A stretch of 64,000 nucleotides of DNA, taken from positions 17,802-81,801 of the forward strand of contig CALAXC010000153.1 in the NCBI GenBank assembly GCA_937894775.1, written 5' to 3'. The position numbers and the translations under genes are program-made. This DNA comes from an uncultured Clostridia bacterium (GTDB lineage Bacteria > Bacillota > Clostridia > Oscillospirales > CAG-272). This document shows, piece after piece, positions 37,701-45,842 of the stretch (position 1 is the stretch's first letter; every line of letters begins with the position of its first letter). The notes beneath the pieces are model-generated. The model ran no database searches and was not told the DNA's origin. It was given only the letters and a program-made list of their open reading frames with translations.

Positions 37701-39784
37701 CGGTTTCGATAGAAGTTATAGATGCTATTGTTCGTGATGAGTATGGTGAAGACGTTACGGAAAATTATAAGTTTGAAACGACGGGTATCAGCTATGAGAT
37801 ATCGAAGATAGTTATTTCTATAACATCGCACAGTGATAAAAAGTTATTTGACGGAACAAGATTGACAAACGGCAATTATGATCTTACGGGAAAAATTGTT
37901 TCAGGTCAAAATCTTACAGTTAACATAACAGGTTATCAGTTAGAAGAGGGTAAATCAAACAATACAGTAGAAAGCTTTAATATAACTTATAATGGTGAAG
38001 ATGTTACACACAATTATGATGTAACGGTAATTGAAGGTACTCTTGAGGTTTATAAAGAAGTTGTTGCAAAGGTAACTTCTACAAAAGATGGATATATTTA
38101 TCTTAAGCAAAAGGCTTATGGAGATTATAGCGGTCGAGGCTTTTATGATGCTTACTCCTCAAATTATTATTTGACGAGAAACGGATATAATCATAATTAT
38201 ATGCTGTGGATGTCATTGAATCTTGCTCAAAATAACTTCACAACCGATACGCTTACTGTAAAAGATGCTAAAACTTATATGCTTCCGTACTATTATACCT
38301 TAGGCGGAAACTATGACTATCCTTCTTATGATAGTGAGGAATATACTTCAAATCTGACTGATTATACAGTTCCGTATTATGATTATGATTTTTATTTAAG
38401 AGGCACAGAGCCCATTGAATATCGCGTTTACCAGAATAATTATAGATCATATACGAATTGGGTAAAGAGTGAATATACGTATATATCATCTTCTTTGAAG
38501 AGAAAGTTACTTAATGCGGTAGCAAATAATGGCTTTGAAGATATGGCAACCGAAGATGCAATAAATGCAGTTGCAAGATATATGCGCTTATTTGGCAATT
38601 ATAATCTTGAGTATGATAAAACACTCGATTCGAGGAGTGATGTAGTAACGGCATTCCTTACAGAATATAAGGAGGGTGTTTGCACCCATTATGCGATGAC
38701 AGCAACAATGCTTTACCGTGCTTTGGGTATTCCCGCAAGATACGTTGAAGGTTATTTGGTAGAAACAAAAGCAAATGAATCTACCGATGTTAAGGATGCG
38801 CACGCGTGGGTTGAGGTATTTGTTGAAGGATGTGGCTGGGTACAGATCGAGGTAACGCCGACAGGTCCTAATCAAGAAGCTATAGATATACTTGTAAAGA
38901 CTAAGGATGAGTCTGTACAGTATGACGGTGATGAGCATTTTGCACCTGAATTCCTTGAGGTAGTAAAACCTTCTGATGAGGTTAAAAAGCTTATTGATTC
39001 GGGATATACTGTAAAGGCTATAGAAACAGTAGGATCTTTGACTTATCCAGGAAAGATAAGAACTTCAGTTCTTCCTCAAAACGTTAGAATATATGATGAA
39101 GATGGGAAAGATGTAACCTATAAGTTTAATATTGAAACTGTTAGCGATGAAGATGAAAAAGGTTTGCTTACAGTAGAGCCAATTTTGATTGATATTTATT
39201 TACATTCTTATTCTAAACCGTATGATGGAAAACCGATAGATTATCAAAATCCTGATTATTCTATAATTGATCCTGACTTTGAGACGTTGGTAGCTTCGGG
39301 AGAACTTGTTCTTTCAATAACATTCAGTTGTCCTGAGATAAACATCTATACTATTAGCTCAAGCGATGTTTTTGAATCTGGATATTTCACTTTTACTATT
39401 ACTGATAAAGAAGGTAATGATTGCAGTAAGATATATGCTTTGCGTATCGTGAATAAATATGCTGAGCAAGATGAAGATCCATTTGTATATACAGTAATAG
39501 AAATATCTAAGAGGGAGATCGAGATAACAGCTGTTAGTGAAGAATGTCACTATAATGAGGGAGATATCTTAAGTAATCCTAATTATTTTATAACAACAGG
39601 ATCATTGGTTGAAGGTCATTATGAAGAAGTTACAATAACGTCTGAGCTTGATCATGTGGGTACTACTTTGAATGAAATAGAAACCTGTGTTATATATGAT
39701 GCAAACGGTGTGGATGTTACTAAAAATTATGCTATAGCACGTATTTCGGGAATTCTTTCCTTTGTAACAGAAAATGAATTTTAA
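34757..39784 (+). CDS. Giant N-terminally anchored surface protein: at least 10 YDG-type (MBG-like) repeats plus a transglutaminase core
   Basis: 1675 aa. TM 'IVLISIVLGLLLAFLITFMV'. Repeated '(K/H)(I/V)YDG(T/N)P(L/I)...(V/L)EGHT' units (KIYDGTPL, KTYDGTPL, KVYDGNPL, KIYDGTSI, LTYDGVIR, HVYDGTLI, KPYDGKPI and others). TGase core 'GVCTHYAMTATMLYRALGIPARYVEGY...HAWVEVFVEGCGWVQIEVTP' at about nt 38675-38860. Confidence 0.8.
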   Translation: MLYDSYHKKISKVVDVLRKVFKHIVLISIVLGLLLAFLITFMVTKGMIIDDKNVSNKFAVTYGEDLPLKTSAMFASHKYQYSENGRKWSDAFPSEPGTYRVRAVAKGIFGNERYGKIYTFVLKAKEIDVSVVEDEIIYGELPTVEAKLSYEDTISCDGFVYEDRFSASTKVTPNAEDITILNKDGEDVTSSYEINVESTDINVLQREILVTVSDQSMIYNDVKFSYDGYELSNGTLADGDTIQAVFDKYLIDVGEIENTPQLKVVTSDGFDISMHYSIQTQIGKLKVDYRPLIIKTPSAEKVYDANALSNSEYEIVGEYGLVEGHTMICISNTSITDVDEVENVLDFEIKNAAGEDKTPNYSFFYERGMLKVTERPLNVSFVSGTWMYDNKWHKGEIKLEGLCEGHKATYDIPSIIDTGKIENSTEITEIYDAHGKDVFLNYDIIYGDFGTLEVTKRPITITTESQTLTYDGVIRVFDKYEITSEIKLADGEELQLTFNEFYKAGTYDNNIVSAMINYSRTGTGVPDENGWYQVGSSGVADAAQNYEITEVIGKIIINKCPITLRPVDIAHVYDGTLIVPTEFDIVSGELPPSHTIYPEYIGSLTDAGEIDTDIDLTKTIVKVLRDDGSEEDATENFEITVQKGKITISKRQITVRTETVEKIYDGTPLSSNNWEIVSETQLVETHTLNLECNVSRIYPGESDNLVDLDSVTIVDENENDVLKNYEITYEYGKLIVHKRPITIVASSARKTYDGTPLVSTEYSILDADLEDYGLLEGHTLKATTSGSITNKGETSNKIDIDKVRIRNASNKNETEYYEITCSDGTLTIDPIIVNITTSSVNKIYDGTSINPKIDTVVDSDIEEKIIAGHTYSITVADKELINVKDSPLENEAILVVYDEKGADMTALGNYEVNGTWGSIIILPRVIKILPKPSVTSKVYDGNPLTCTDYEDISNAELNEGLLSNHLLEQIEFNSQTDATDFSVSIEVIDAIVRDEYGEDVTENYKFETTGISYEISKIVISITSHSDKKLFDGTRLTNGNYDLTGKIVSGQNLTVNITGYQLEEGKSNNTVESFNITYNGEDVTHNYDVTVIEGTLEVYKEVVAKVTSTKDGYIYLKQKAYGDYSGRGFYDAYSSNYYLTRNGYNHNYMLWMSLNLAQNNFTTDTLTVKDAKTYMLPYYYTLGGNYDYPSYDSEEYTSNLTDYTVPYYDYDFYLRGTEPIEYRVYQNNYRSYTNWVKSEYTYISSSLKRKLLNAVANNGFEDMATEDAINAVARYMRLFGNYNLEYDKTLDSRSDVVTAFLTEYKEGVCTHYAMTATMLYRALGIPARYVEGYLVETKANESTDVKDAHAWVEVFVEGCGWVQIEVTPTGPNQEAIDILVKTKDESVQYDGDEHFAPEFLEVVKPSDEVKKLIDSGYTVKAIETVGSLTYPGKIRTSVLPQNVRIYDEDGKDVTYKFNIETVSDEDEKGLLTVEPILIDIYLHSYSKPYDGKPIDYQNPDYSIIDPDFETLVASGELVLSITFSCPEINIYTISSSDVFESGYFTFTITDKEGNDCSKIYALRIVNKYAEQDEDPFVYTVIEISKREIEITAVSEECHYNEGDILSNPNYFITTGSLVEGHYEEVTITSELDHVGTTLNEIETCVIYDANGVDVTKNYAIARISGILSFVTENEF

Positions 39785-39791
39785 AATAAAA

Positions 39792-39827
39792 AGCTATCAC
39801 AAATGAAAATTTGTGATAGCTTTTTTG
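39792..39827. terminator. Bidirectional hairpin terminator closing the operon
   Basis: AGCTATCACAAAT-gaaa-ATTTGTGATAGCT perfect 13-bp stem, flanked by an A-run upstream and a T6 run downstream. It sits between convergent genes. Confidence 0.8.
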
Positions 39828-39844
39828 TTATTAAATTTGTAATA

Positions 39845-40366
39845 TTAAATAACGTATTCCATAAAACACTGTTTGGGGCATTCTATCTTTGAATCAAGTA
39901 AAACTCTTCCGTATGCAACTATAGAAAATCCGTTTTTTTCATAGAGGCTAATTGCACCGAGATTTTTTGAGTTTGTGGCTAATCTTATAGAAGCACAGTT
40001 GAGAGAAGCAGCAAGTTCTTTCGCAAAAGTAAGCATTTCGGTAGCGATTCCCATTCCCATATGTTCGGGGGCAACGCAAAGCGTATGTATAACGAGCGCA
40101 TTACGGGGATCGTTTTTTGTTTTCCAATCAATAGAATAATATTCTTCAGATTGATTGCAATCAAGTATTACCGAACCGCCGATCTGCGTTCCGTTATCGT
40201 GTACGTAGAGAGTTCCAAGCGAAAATCCGAGCTCTGCAGTTTCTACAGTGGGGTATATATCTTTTTTCCAACTCATATAGCTGCCGTTTGCGTTTTGATA
40301 GTCGATAACGGTATCATAAAGCTCGGCAATAAGTGAAATGTCTTTTTCTTCAGCTTTTCGTATCAT
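39845..40366 (-). CDS. GNAT family N-acetyltransferase
   Basis: Starts at ATG 40366 (MIRKAEEKDISLIAELY); the track start 40408 would overlap the upstream gene. 'LCVAPEHMGMGIATEML' acetyl-CoA-binding-type block. Confidence 0.7.
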   Translation of the reverse strand: MIRKAEEKDISLIAELYDTVIDYQNANGSYMSWKKDIYPTVETAELGFSLGTLYVHDNGTQIGGSVILDCNQSEEYYSIDWKTKNDPRNALVIHTLCVAPEHMGMGIATEMLTFAKELAASLNCASIRLATNSKNLGAISLYEKNGFSIVAYGRVLLDSKIECPKQCFMEYVI

Positions 40367-40382
40367 ATTTGATTCCTTTTTG

Positions 40383-42020
40383 TTAACGTCCGTTAAGTGC
40401 TGTAGCAACGATATTCTCGTAGGATAAACCGTACTTATCTGCTATATCACGCGCATAGCTCTTTCCGTCAGGCTTCATACGGTATATTTTGAATGAACGC
40501 TTTCCATCTTCTATTCCTGCAACGAGAGAATCTATCTTAGATCCGCCGTCGGGAGCCGTGCGAGCGTTTATATTGTCTATTTCGGCTGCAAGCTCATGGA
40601 GGTGAGTGGAGAAAAGACAACGGCAACCAATACGGCTGAATCCCGCAAGAACTTCTCCCGCAATATAAGATGCTTCGTAAGAACCGGTTGAAGAAAGCGA
40701 TTCATCAAGTAAAACAAGGCTTTGACTTGTAACGTCCTGGAAAATATCTCTAAGACGCGCACATTCTTCACCGAGACGCCCTTTATCTATTGTGTCATCT
40801 GCTCCGGTTGGAAAATGAGTGTAGATTCCGTCTGCAATACTAATAGATGCAGAGTGGGCGGGAACAAACATTCCAAGCTGAAGCATAGCTTGAGCAAGAC
40901 CTATGGCACAGGTTATAACAGATTTTCCACCGCGGTTAGGACCTGTGAGAACGAAAATCATAATATCGTCTTTAAATTCAACGTCATTTGCGATGATCTC
41001 ATCGTCGACTTTGAGAGCTACACAAGGATTATAAATATCGTTTGCAACGAAAACATTTTTATCGGTAATTATTTCAGGTTTGCAAAGTTCAAGACCTCTT
41101 TCCTTAAGGGCTCTGAGAAGATTTGTTCCTTTTACCAAAAATTCTATTTCGGGCATGAGATTAAGCAGAAAATCTGTATTTTCAAGAACGAAGCTTTGAA
41201 CGATTTTTTTCCAAGAGCGTAATGACTGCTTGTAAACATCATTTATAGCTGAATTGAAAGCAAGGCTCAAAGCAGTGCGTTGATTTTCAGATTGCTTTTT
41301 GTTAAAGGGAACGAGATTTGCTATGCATGTATATTCATCGTCTTTAAAATTAAGACGAAGAATTTTATCGATAACATCGCCCGAACGAAAAGATTCGGGA
41401 TTTATCGAAAGAACTCCTGCACTTGAAGGTCTTAACTGAGCATCAAGATTTACACCGATTGTAACGCTCTTTATATCTCGTACACGGTTTGTAAGTTCTG
41501 AAAGCTTTGCATTGAGTTCGGCATAGTATTCGCTACATACAAGGTCATCAATACGTTTTGCCAATGTTTTGAAGGCTTCGCTTTTTACTTGATCTTTGAT
41601 CTCTGAGAAGCCTGAGTGAAGGGTGGAGATGCTCGAGATGTAAAGCTCAATTTCGGTTATGCTTTCAAGATAGGATTCTGTGTTGTCTCCAAAGTCCGCT
41701 TCAAGACGGCGAAGCTCCATTATATCGGTAAGAATTGGAATCAAACGGTTAAGCGTGACTGATATTTGCGGAAATTCGAGCATATCGGAAAATACTGCCA
41801 TTCGATGTTCGATAACTTTTGAGTTTGTGGTAAAATGCTCGTTGAGATCGCTGTTTTTAAGGTTGAATATTTCGAGAAGTCCAAGTTCTTCAAGTACAAA
41901 CATATCTATTATGGGACTGTCTTTTCCCTCGTAATGATCTATTTGCGTTTGCTCATCGGGATATATAAGACTGAATTTTGAAAGATCTATCTCGTTGAGT
42001 AATTTTTCTGTTTTTTCCAT
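40383..42020 (-). CDS. MutS-related ATPase (core/clamp-like region plus domain V only)
   Basis: 545 aa. Walker A 'LTGPNRGGKSV', 'LVLLDESLSSTGSYEA' and 'STHLHEL'. No mismatch-binding N-domain and no Smr domain. Confidence 0.75.
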   Translation of the reverse strand: MEKTEKLLNEIDLSKFSLIYPDEQTQIDHYEGKDSPIIDMFVLEELGLLEIFNLKNSDLNEHFTTNSKVIEHRMAVFSDMLEFPQISVTLNRLIPILTDIMELRRLEADFGDNTESYLESITEIELYISSISTLHSGFSEIKDQVKSEAFKTLAKRIDDLVCSEYYAELNAKLSELTNRVRDIKSVTIGVNLDAQLRPSSAGVLSINPESFRSGDVIDKILRLNFKDDEYTCIANLVPFNKKQSENQRTALSLAFNSAINDVYKQSLRSWKKIVQSFVLENTDFLLNLMPEIEFLVKGTNLLRALKERGLELCKPEIITDKNVFVANDIYNPCVALKVDDEIIANDVEFKDDIMIFVLTGPNRGGKSVITCAIGLAQAMLQLGMFVPAHSASISIADGIYTHFPTGADDTIDKGRLGEECARLRDIFQDVTSQSLVLLDESLSSTGSYEASYIAGEVLAGFSRIGCRCLFSTHLHELAAEIDNINARTAPDGGSKIDSLVAGIEDGKRSFKIYRMKPDGKSYARDIADKYGLSYENIVATALNGR

Positions 42021-42049
42021 AACGTTTCCTTTCGGGGCGTTTTTTACAG

Positions 42050-42349
42050 TTATTTGAGAAGGATGTATCCTGTAACGATAAGGGAGACCTGTAAAATAAT
42101 AATAACTGGTATTCCAAGCATAAATTTAACGTGCTTTGTTTTGTGACGTGTTAAAAGCATAGTTGTAAGCATAGCTACCGAGCCACCGAGAGCGCTGAGG
42201 ATGAGTAATACAGCTTCGGGAATTCTAAGCTCAACTTTGTTTTTCTTTGATATTTTTTTATCCCAAATACAAACTATAATAGAAATAAGTGACATAATGG
42301 CAATGTAGCCAATAGCAATATAAAGCAATATGTTAGTATCAAAAGGCAT
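42050..42349 (-). CDS. DUF1294 family membrane protein
   Basis: 99 aa, 'WDKKISKKNKVELRIPEAVLLILSALGGSVAMLTTMLLTRHKTKH'. Confidence 0.7.
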   Translation of the reverse strand: MPFDTNILLYIAIGYIAIMSLISIIVCIWDKKISKKNKVELRIPEAVLLILSALGGSVAMLTTMLLTRHKTKHVKFMLGIPVIIILQVSLIVTGYILLK

Positions 42350-42430
42350 GATCTTGATCTCCTTAATTAAATTTTTATTTTTTTAAGCGCAGTATAATGA
42401 TTTTATTTGAATACGGCGATCCTAATAGAA

Positions 42431-44089
42431 TTATTTTTTAGCAGGGAAGCTGTCTTTAAGTCCAACTATACGGTTGAATGTGTTAGGATGCTTTGTATCC
42501 TTGCAATAATATCCGTCACGTACAAATTGGAATTTATCGCCTTCCTTAGCATCGGCAAGTGTAGGTTCGATCATTGCGTTTTCAACAACCGTAAGAGATT
42601 CGGGGTTGAGGTAGTCATTGTAAGTCTTATCTTCCGGAATGTCATTTACGTTTTCAATGGTGAAAAGTTTGTCATAAAGCATAAGAGTGGTCTTTTGAGC
42701 ATATTTTGCCGAAAGCCAATGAATAGTACCTTTTATTTTTCTGCCGTCAACGGGATTTCCGTTTCTCGTTTCAAGATCCGCTGTTGCGTGTATTTCAACT
42801 ATATTTCCATCGTTGTCCTTTATGATCTCACCGCATTTAATGATATATGCGCCCATAAGTCTTACTTCGCCTTCGGGTTTAAGTCTGAAAAATTTAGGAG
42901 GTGGAACTTCAGCAAAATCCGCAGCATCAATGTAGATCTCACGTGTAAAAGCAAGAGAACGGGTGCCAAGCTCGGGCTTTTGAGGATGATTTGGAAGCTC
43001 AAAGGTTTCCTCTTTATCTGCCGGGTAGTTGTCAATAACGACCTTTATAGGACGCTCTATTGCTATTCGGCGAGGAGCATTTTCGTTAAGTTCTTCACGG
43101 ATACAGTGCTCGAGCATATTGATGTCAACGAGGCTGTTTGCCTTTGAAACACCTGCGGCTCTTACAAAATTGAATATCGAAGAAGGTGTATATCCGCGTC
43201 TGCGAAGAGCACAGATCGTAGGAAGTCTGGGGTCATCCCAACCGTCTACCATATCATTTTCAACAAGATAGCGGAGATAACGTTTCGACATAACAGTGTT
43301 CGTTACGTTAAGACGCGCAAATTCTCTTTGCTTGGGCTCGGGATCGAAAATACCGATATTTGTAATGACCCACTCATAAAGCGGTCTGTGGTTCTCAAAT
43401 TCGAGCGAGCAGAGGGAATAGGTTATTCCTTCGAGCGCATCCTGGATGGGGTGTGCATAGTCATAAAGCGGATAGATACACCATTTATCGCCTTGACGGT
43501 GGTGCGACGTATGAACTATACGGTATATAGCAGGGTCGCGCATATTGATATTAGGTGATGCCATATCTATCTTTGCTCTCAGAGTATGAGTTCCATCTGC
43601 AAACTCTCCCGCTTTCATTCTGCGAAATAGATCAAGATTTTCTTCGACGGTTCTGTTGCGGTAAGGACTTTCCTTTCCGGGAGTGGTGAGCGTACCTCTG
43701 TATTCTTTCATTTCCTCAGCCGAAAGGTCGCAAACGTAAGCTTTTCCATCCATTATAAGCTTTTCGGCATATTCGTAGCATTTGTCGAAATAATCGGATC
43801 CGTAAAAGATACCGCCGTTCGGAATTGCTCCGAGCCAAGTAAGATCTTCAAGTATAGATTCAACATATTCTGTATCTTCCTTAGCGGGGTTTGTGTCATC
43901 ATAACGAAGATTAAAAAGACCGCCGTATTTTTTCGCAGTTTCAAAATTGATAAGAATAGCTTTAGCAGATCCTATGTGAAGATAACCGTTAGGTTCAGGT
44001 GGAAAACGGGTGTGGATCTTTGTATCGGGATTCTTTTTTAAATCTTCGTCGATAATATCGTGTATAAAGTTACTTGCAATTTCTACCAT
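42431..44089 (-). CDS. glnS: Glutamine--tRNA ligase
   Basis: 552 aa. 'RFPPEPNGYLHIGSAKA' (HIGH) and 'VMSKR' (KMSKS). C-terminal anticodon-binding beta-barrel length fits GlnRS. Confidence 0.9.
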   Translation of the reverse strand: MVEIASNFIHDIIDEDLKKNPDTKIHTRFPPEPNGYLHIGSAKAILINFETAKKYGGLFNLRYDDTNPAKEDTEYVESILEDLTWLGAIPNGGIFYGSDYFDKCYEYAEKLIMDGKAYVCDLSAEEMKEYRGTLTTPGKESPYRNRTVEENLDLFRRMKAGEFADGTHTLRAKIDMASPNINMRDPAIYRIVHTSHHRQGDKWCIYPLYDYAHPIQDALEGITYSLCSLEFENHRPLYEWVITNIGIFDPEPKQREFARLNVTNTVMSKRYLRYLVENDMVDGWDDPRLPTICALRRRGYTPSSIFNFVRAAGVSKANSLVDINMLEHCIREELNENAPRRIAIERPIKVVIDNYPADKEETFELPNHPQKPELGTRSLAFTREIYIDAADFAEVPPPKFFRLKPEGEVRLMGAYIIKCGEIIKDNDGNIVEIHATADLETRNGNPVDGRKIKGTIHWLSAKYAQKTTLMLYDKLFTIENVNDIPEDKTYNDYLNPESLTVVENAMIEPTLADAKEGDKFQFVRDGYYCKDTKHPNTFNRIVGLKDSFPAKK

Positions 44090-44118
44090 GATTTTTTTCC
44101 TCTTTGCTTTTAGAGCGT

Positions 44119-45807
44119 TTAAAGTGTTGCTATCATATTTTCTATACGTGCGATAACACGTTCTTTTCCGAGTATCTGCATCACAGAATACATATCGGGT
44201 GAGTTGAGTTTACCTGTAACAGCAAGGCGAATAAACATACTTATATCCGCAACGTTGCCTTTGTAAGCCGAAGGATCGGCTTTATAAGCCTTCATATCCG
44301 AGGTGTAGCCTAAACCTTCACCGATGGCTTTTATTTTTTCAAACCAGGTGTTCATATCGTCATTTATATCAAAGCTGTCGATAAATGAACTAAGTGCGGA
44401 TTTTATATCCTTTTGATCATAGTTATCCGCGTAGCTATCCTCGAGAGTGAATATTTCATCAAAGAAGAATCCCATATAACCTTTTGCGTCAGCCCAGGTT
44501 GTAAGATCTTTTCTTGGCTTTTTACCGCCTCTTCCGATAGCAAATATTTTCCTCGTATATTCACGGTCTGCGGAGAGAAGCTTTCCAAAGGCGGGATCAA
44601 ATTCAAGAGCCCATTCGGTAACTTTGTCTGTAACATCGTCAGCGCTCATTTTTGAAATTACATTTTTAGAAACGTCGCCGAGCTTATTAAAGTCAAACAG
44701 ACAACCTGAGGAGGACATCTTTTTGATGTTGAAAGGGAAGTCGGTATAGGGCTTATCGGGGTTTTGCATATGCCATTCTTCGTAGTTTGAATTAAGAAGT
44801 GTCATAATGTATTCGCACACAGCTTCAGGACAGTAGCCGAGGCGGGTGTAATCATCCATATTAGCTCCCATATCGCGTTTTGAAAGCTTTTTCTTGTTTC
44901 CTGCTTCGTCAAGACGCATTATCTGGGCAATATGCATATATTTTGGAAGCTTGAAATTAAGATAACGGAAAAGCTGCAGATGTTTTGCAAGGCTTGGCAA
45001 CCATTCCTCGCCTCTGACAACGTGAGTTGTTCCCATAAGATGATCGTCAACTGCGTGAGCAAAATGGTAGGTCGGAATTCCGTCGGATTTTAAAAGCACG
45101 AAGTCTTCATCGTTTTCAGGGATCTCCATCGTACCTTTAACAAGATCCGTAAACTTTATTTTCTTTTGAGGATCGCCATCGGCTAAGATACGAAGGACAA
45201 AGGGATTGGAAGCTTTAAGATTTTCTTCTACTTCTTCCATGGTGATCTGGCGTCTTTTAAGCATTTCAGCGTGTCTTGCTTCTGCTTCTGCTTGCCAATC
45301 TGTGTTTTTGATCTCTTGCTTTTTATCTATGCTGTGAAGTTCCTCAAGCTCTTCTTCAGTGGTAAAGCAGGGATATGCTTTTCCTTCTTTTACAAGCTGC
45401 TTTGCATAAGTCTGATATATCGATGCTCTCATGCTTTGCTTGTAAGGACCGTAAGCACCCTTGTCGGATATGTTTCCGTTTTCATCAAGGATAGCACCTT
45501 CGTCAAAATTTATCCCGTACTTGGCAAGAGTTTTTATAAGACCTTCAGCCGCACCTTCAACTTCTCGCTTGGCATCGGTATCTTCTATTCTGAGATAAAA
45601 AACACCGCCTGACTGATGTGCAAGACGTTCTCCAACGGTTGAGGGAAAGAGTCCGCCAAAATGAACGAATCCTGTTGGACTGGGAGCAAATCTTGTTACC
45701 TTTGCGCCTTCGGGAAGAGATCTTTGAGGGAATCTGCTTTCGATATCCAAAGGAGTTTCTGTTATATGCGGAAAAAGAAGTTCCGCAAGTTTTTCGTGGT
45801 CTAACAT
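44119..45807 (-). CDS. gltX: Glutamate--tRNA ligase (long form)
   Basis: 562 aa. 'RFAPSPTGFVHFGG', 'LRIEDTD' and 'KLSKR'. Confidence 0.85.
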   Translation of the reverse strand: MLDHEKLAELLFPHITETPLDIESRFPQRSLPEGAKVTRFAPSPTGFVHFGGLFPSTVGERLAHQSGGVFYLRIEDTDAKREVEGAAEGLIKTLAKYGINFDEGAILDENGNISDKGAYGPYKQSMRASIYQTYAKQLVKEGKAYPCFTTEEELEELHSIDKKQEIKNTDWQAEAEARHAEMLKRRQITMEEVEENLKASNPFVLRILADGDPQKKIKFTDLVKGTMEIPENDEDFVLLKSDGIPTYHFAHAVDDHLMGTTHVVRGEEWLPSLAKHLQLFRYLNFKLPKYMHIAQIMRLDEAGNKKKLSKRDMGANMDDYTRLGYCPEAVCEYIMTLLNSNYEEWHMQNPDKPYTDFPFNIKKMSSSGCLFDFNKLGDVSKNVISKMSADDVTDKVTEWALEFDPAFGKLLSADREYTRKIFAIGRGGKKPRKDLTTWADAKGYMGFFFDEIFTLEDSYADNYDQKDIKSALSSFIDSFDINDDMNTWFEKIKAIGEGLGYTSDMKAYKADPSAYKGNVADISMFIRLAVTGKLNSPDMYSVMQILGKERVIARIENMIATL

Positions 45808-45842
45808 TTTAGAATTCCTTTCTGAAAAATATATGTTATCAA

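Noticed and set aside
20937-39827. Whether the 19-kb operon is a prophage remnant or an integrative island.
   Set aside because: There is no integrase, recombinase, tRNA attachment site, flanking direct repeats or phage structural genes in the window. By eye the base composition resembles the flanks. I therefore treat it as a chromosomal accessory operon, though horizontal origin cannot be excluded without compositional statistics.
42407-43147. 246-aa ORF antisense to glnS.
   Set aside because: The glnS frame has the HIGH and KMSKS motifs across this region, and the antisense ORF has no recognisable features.
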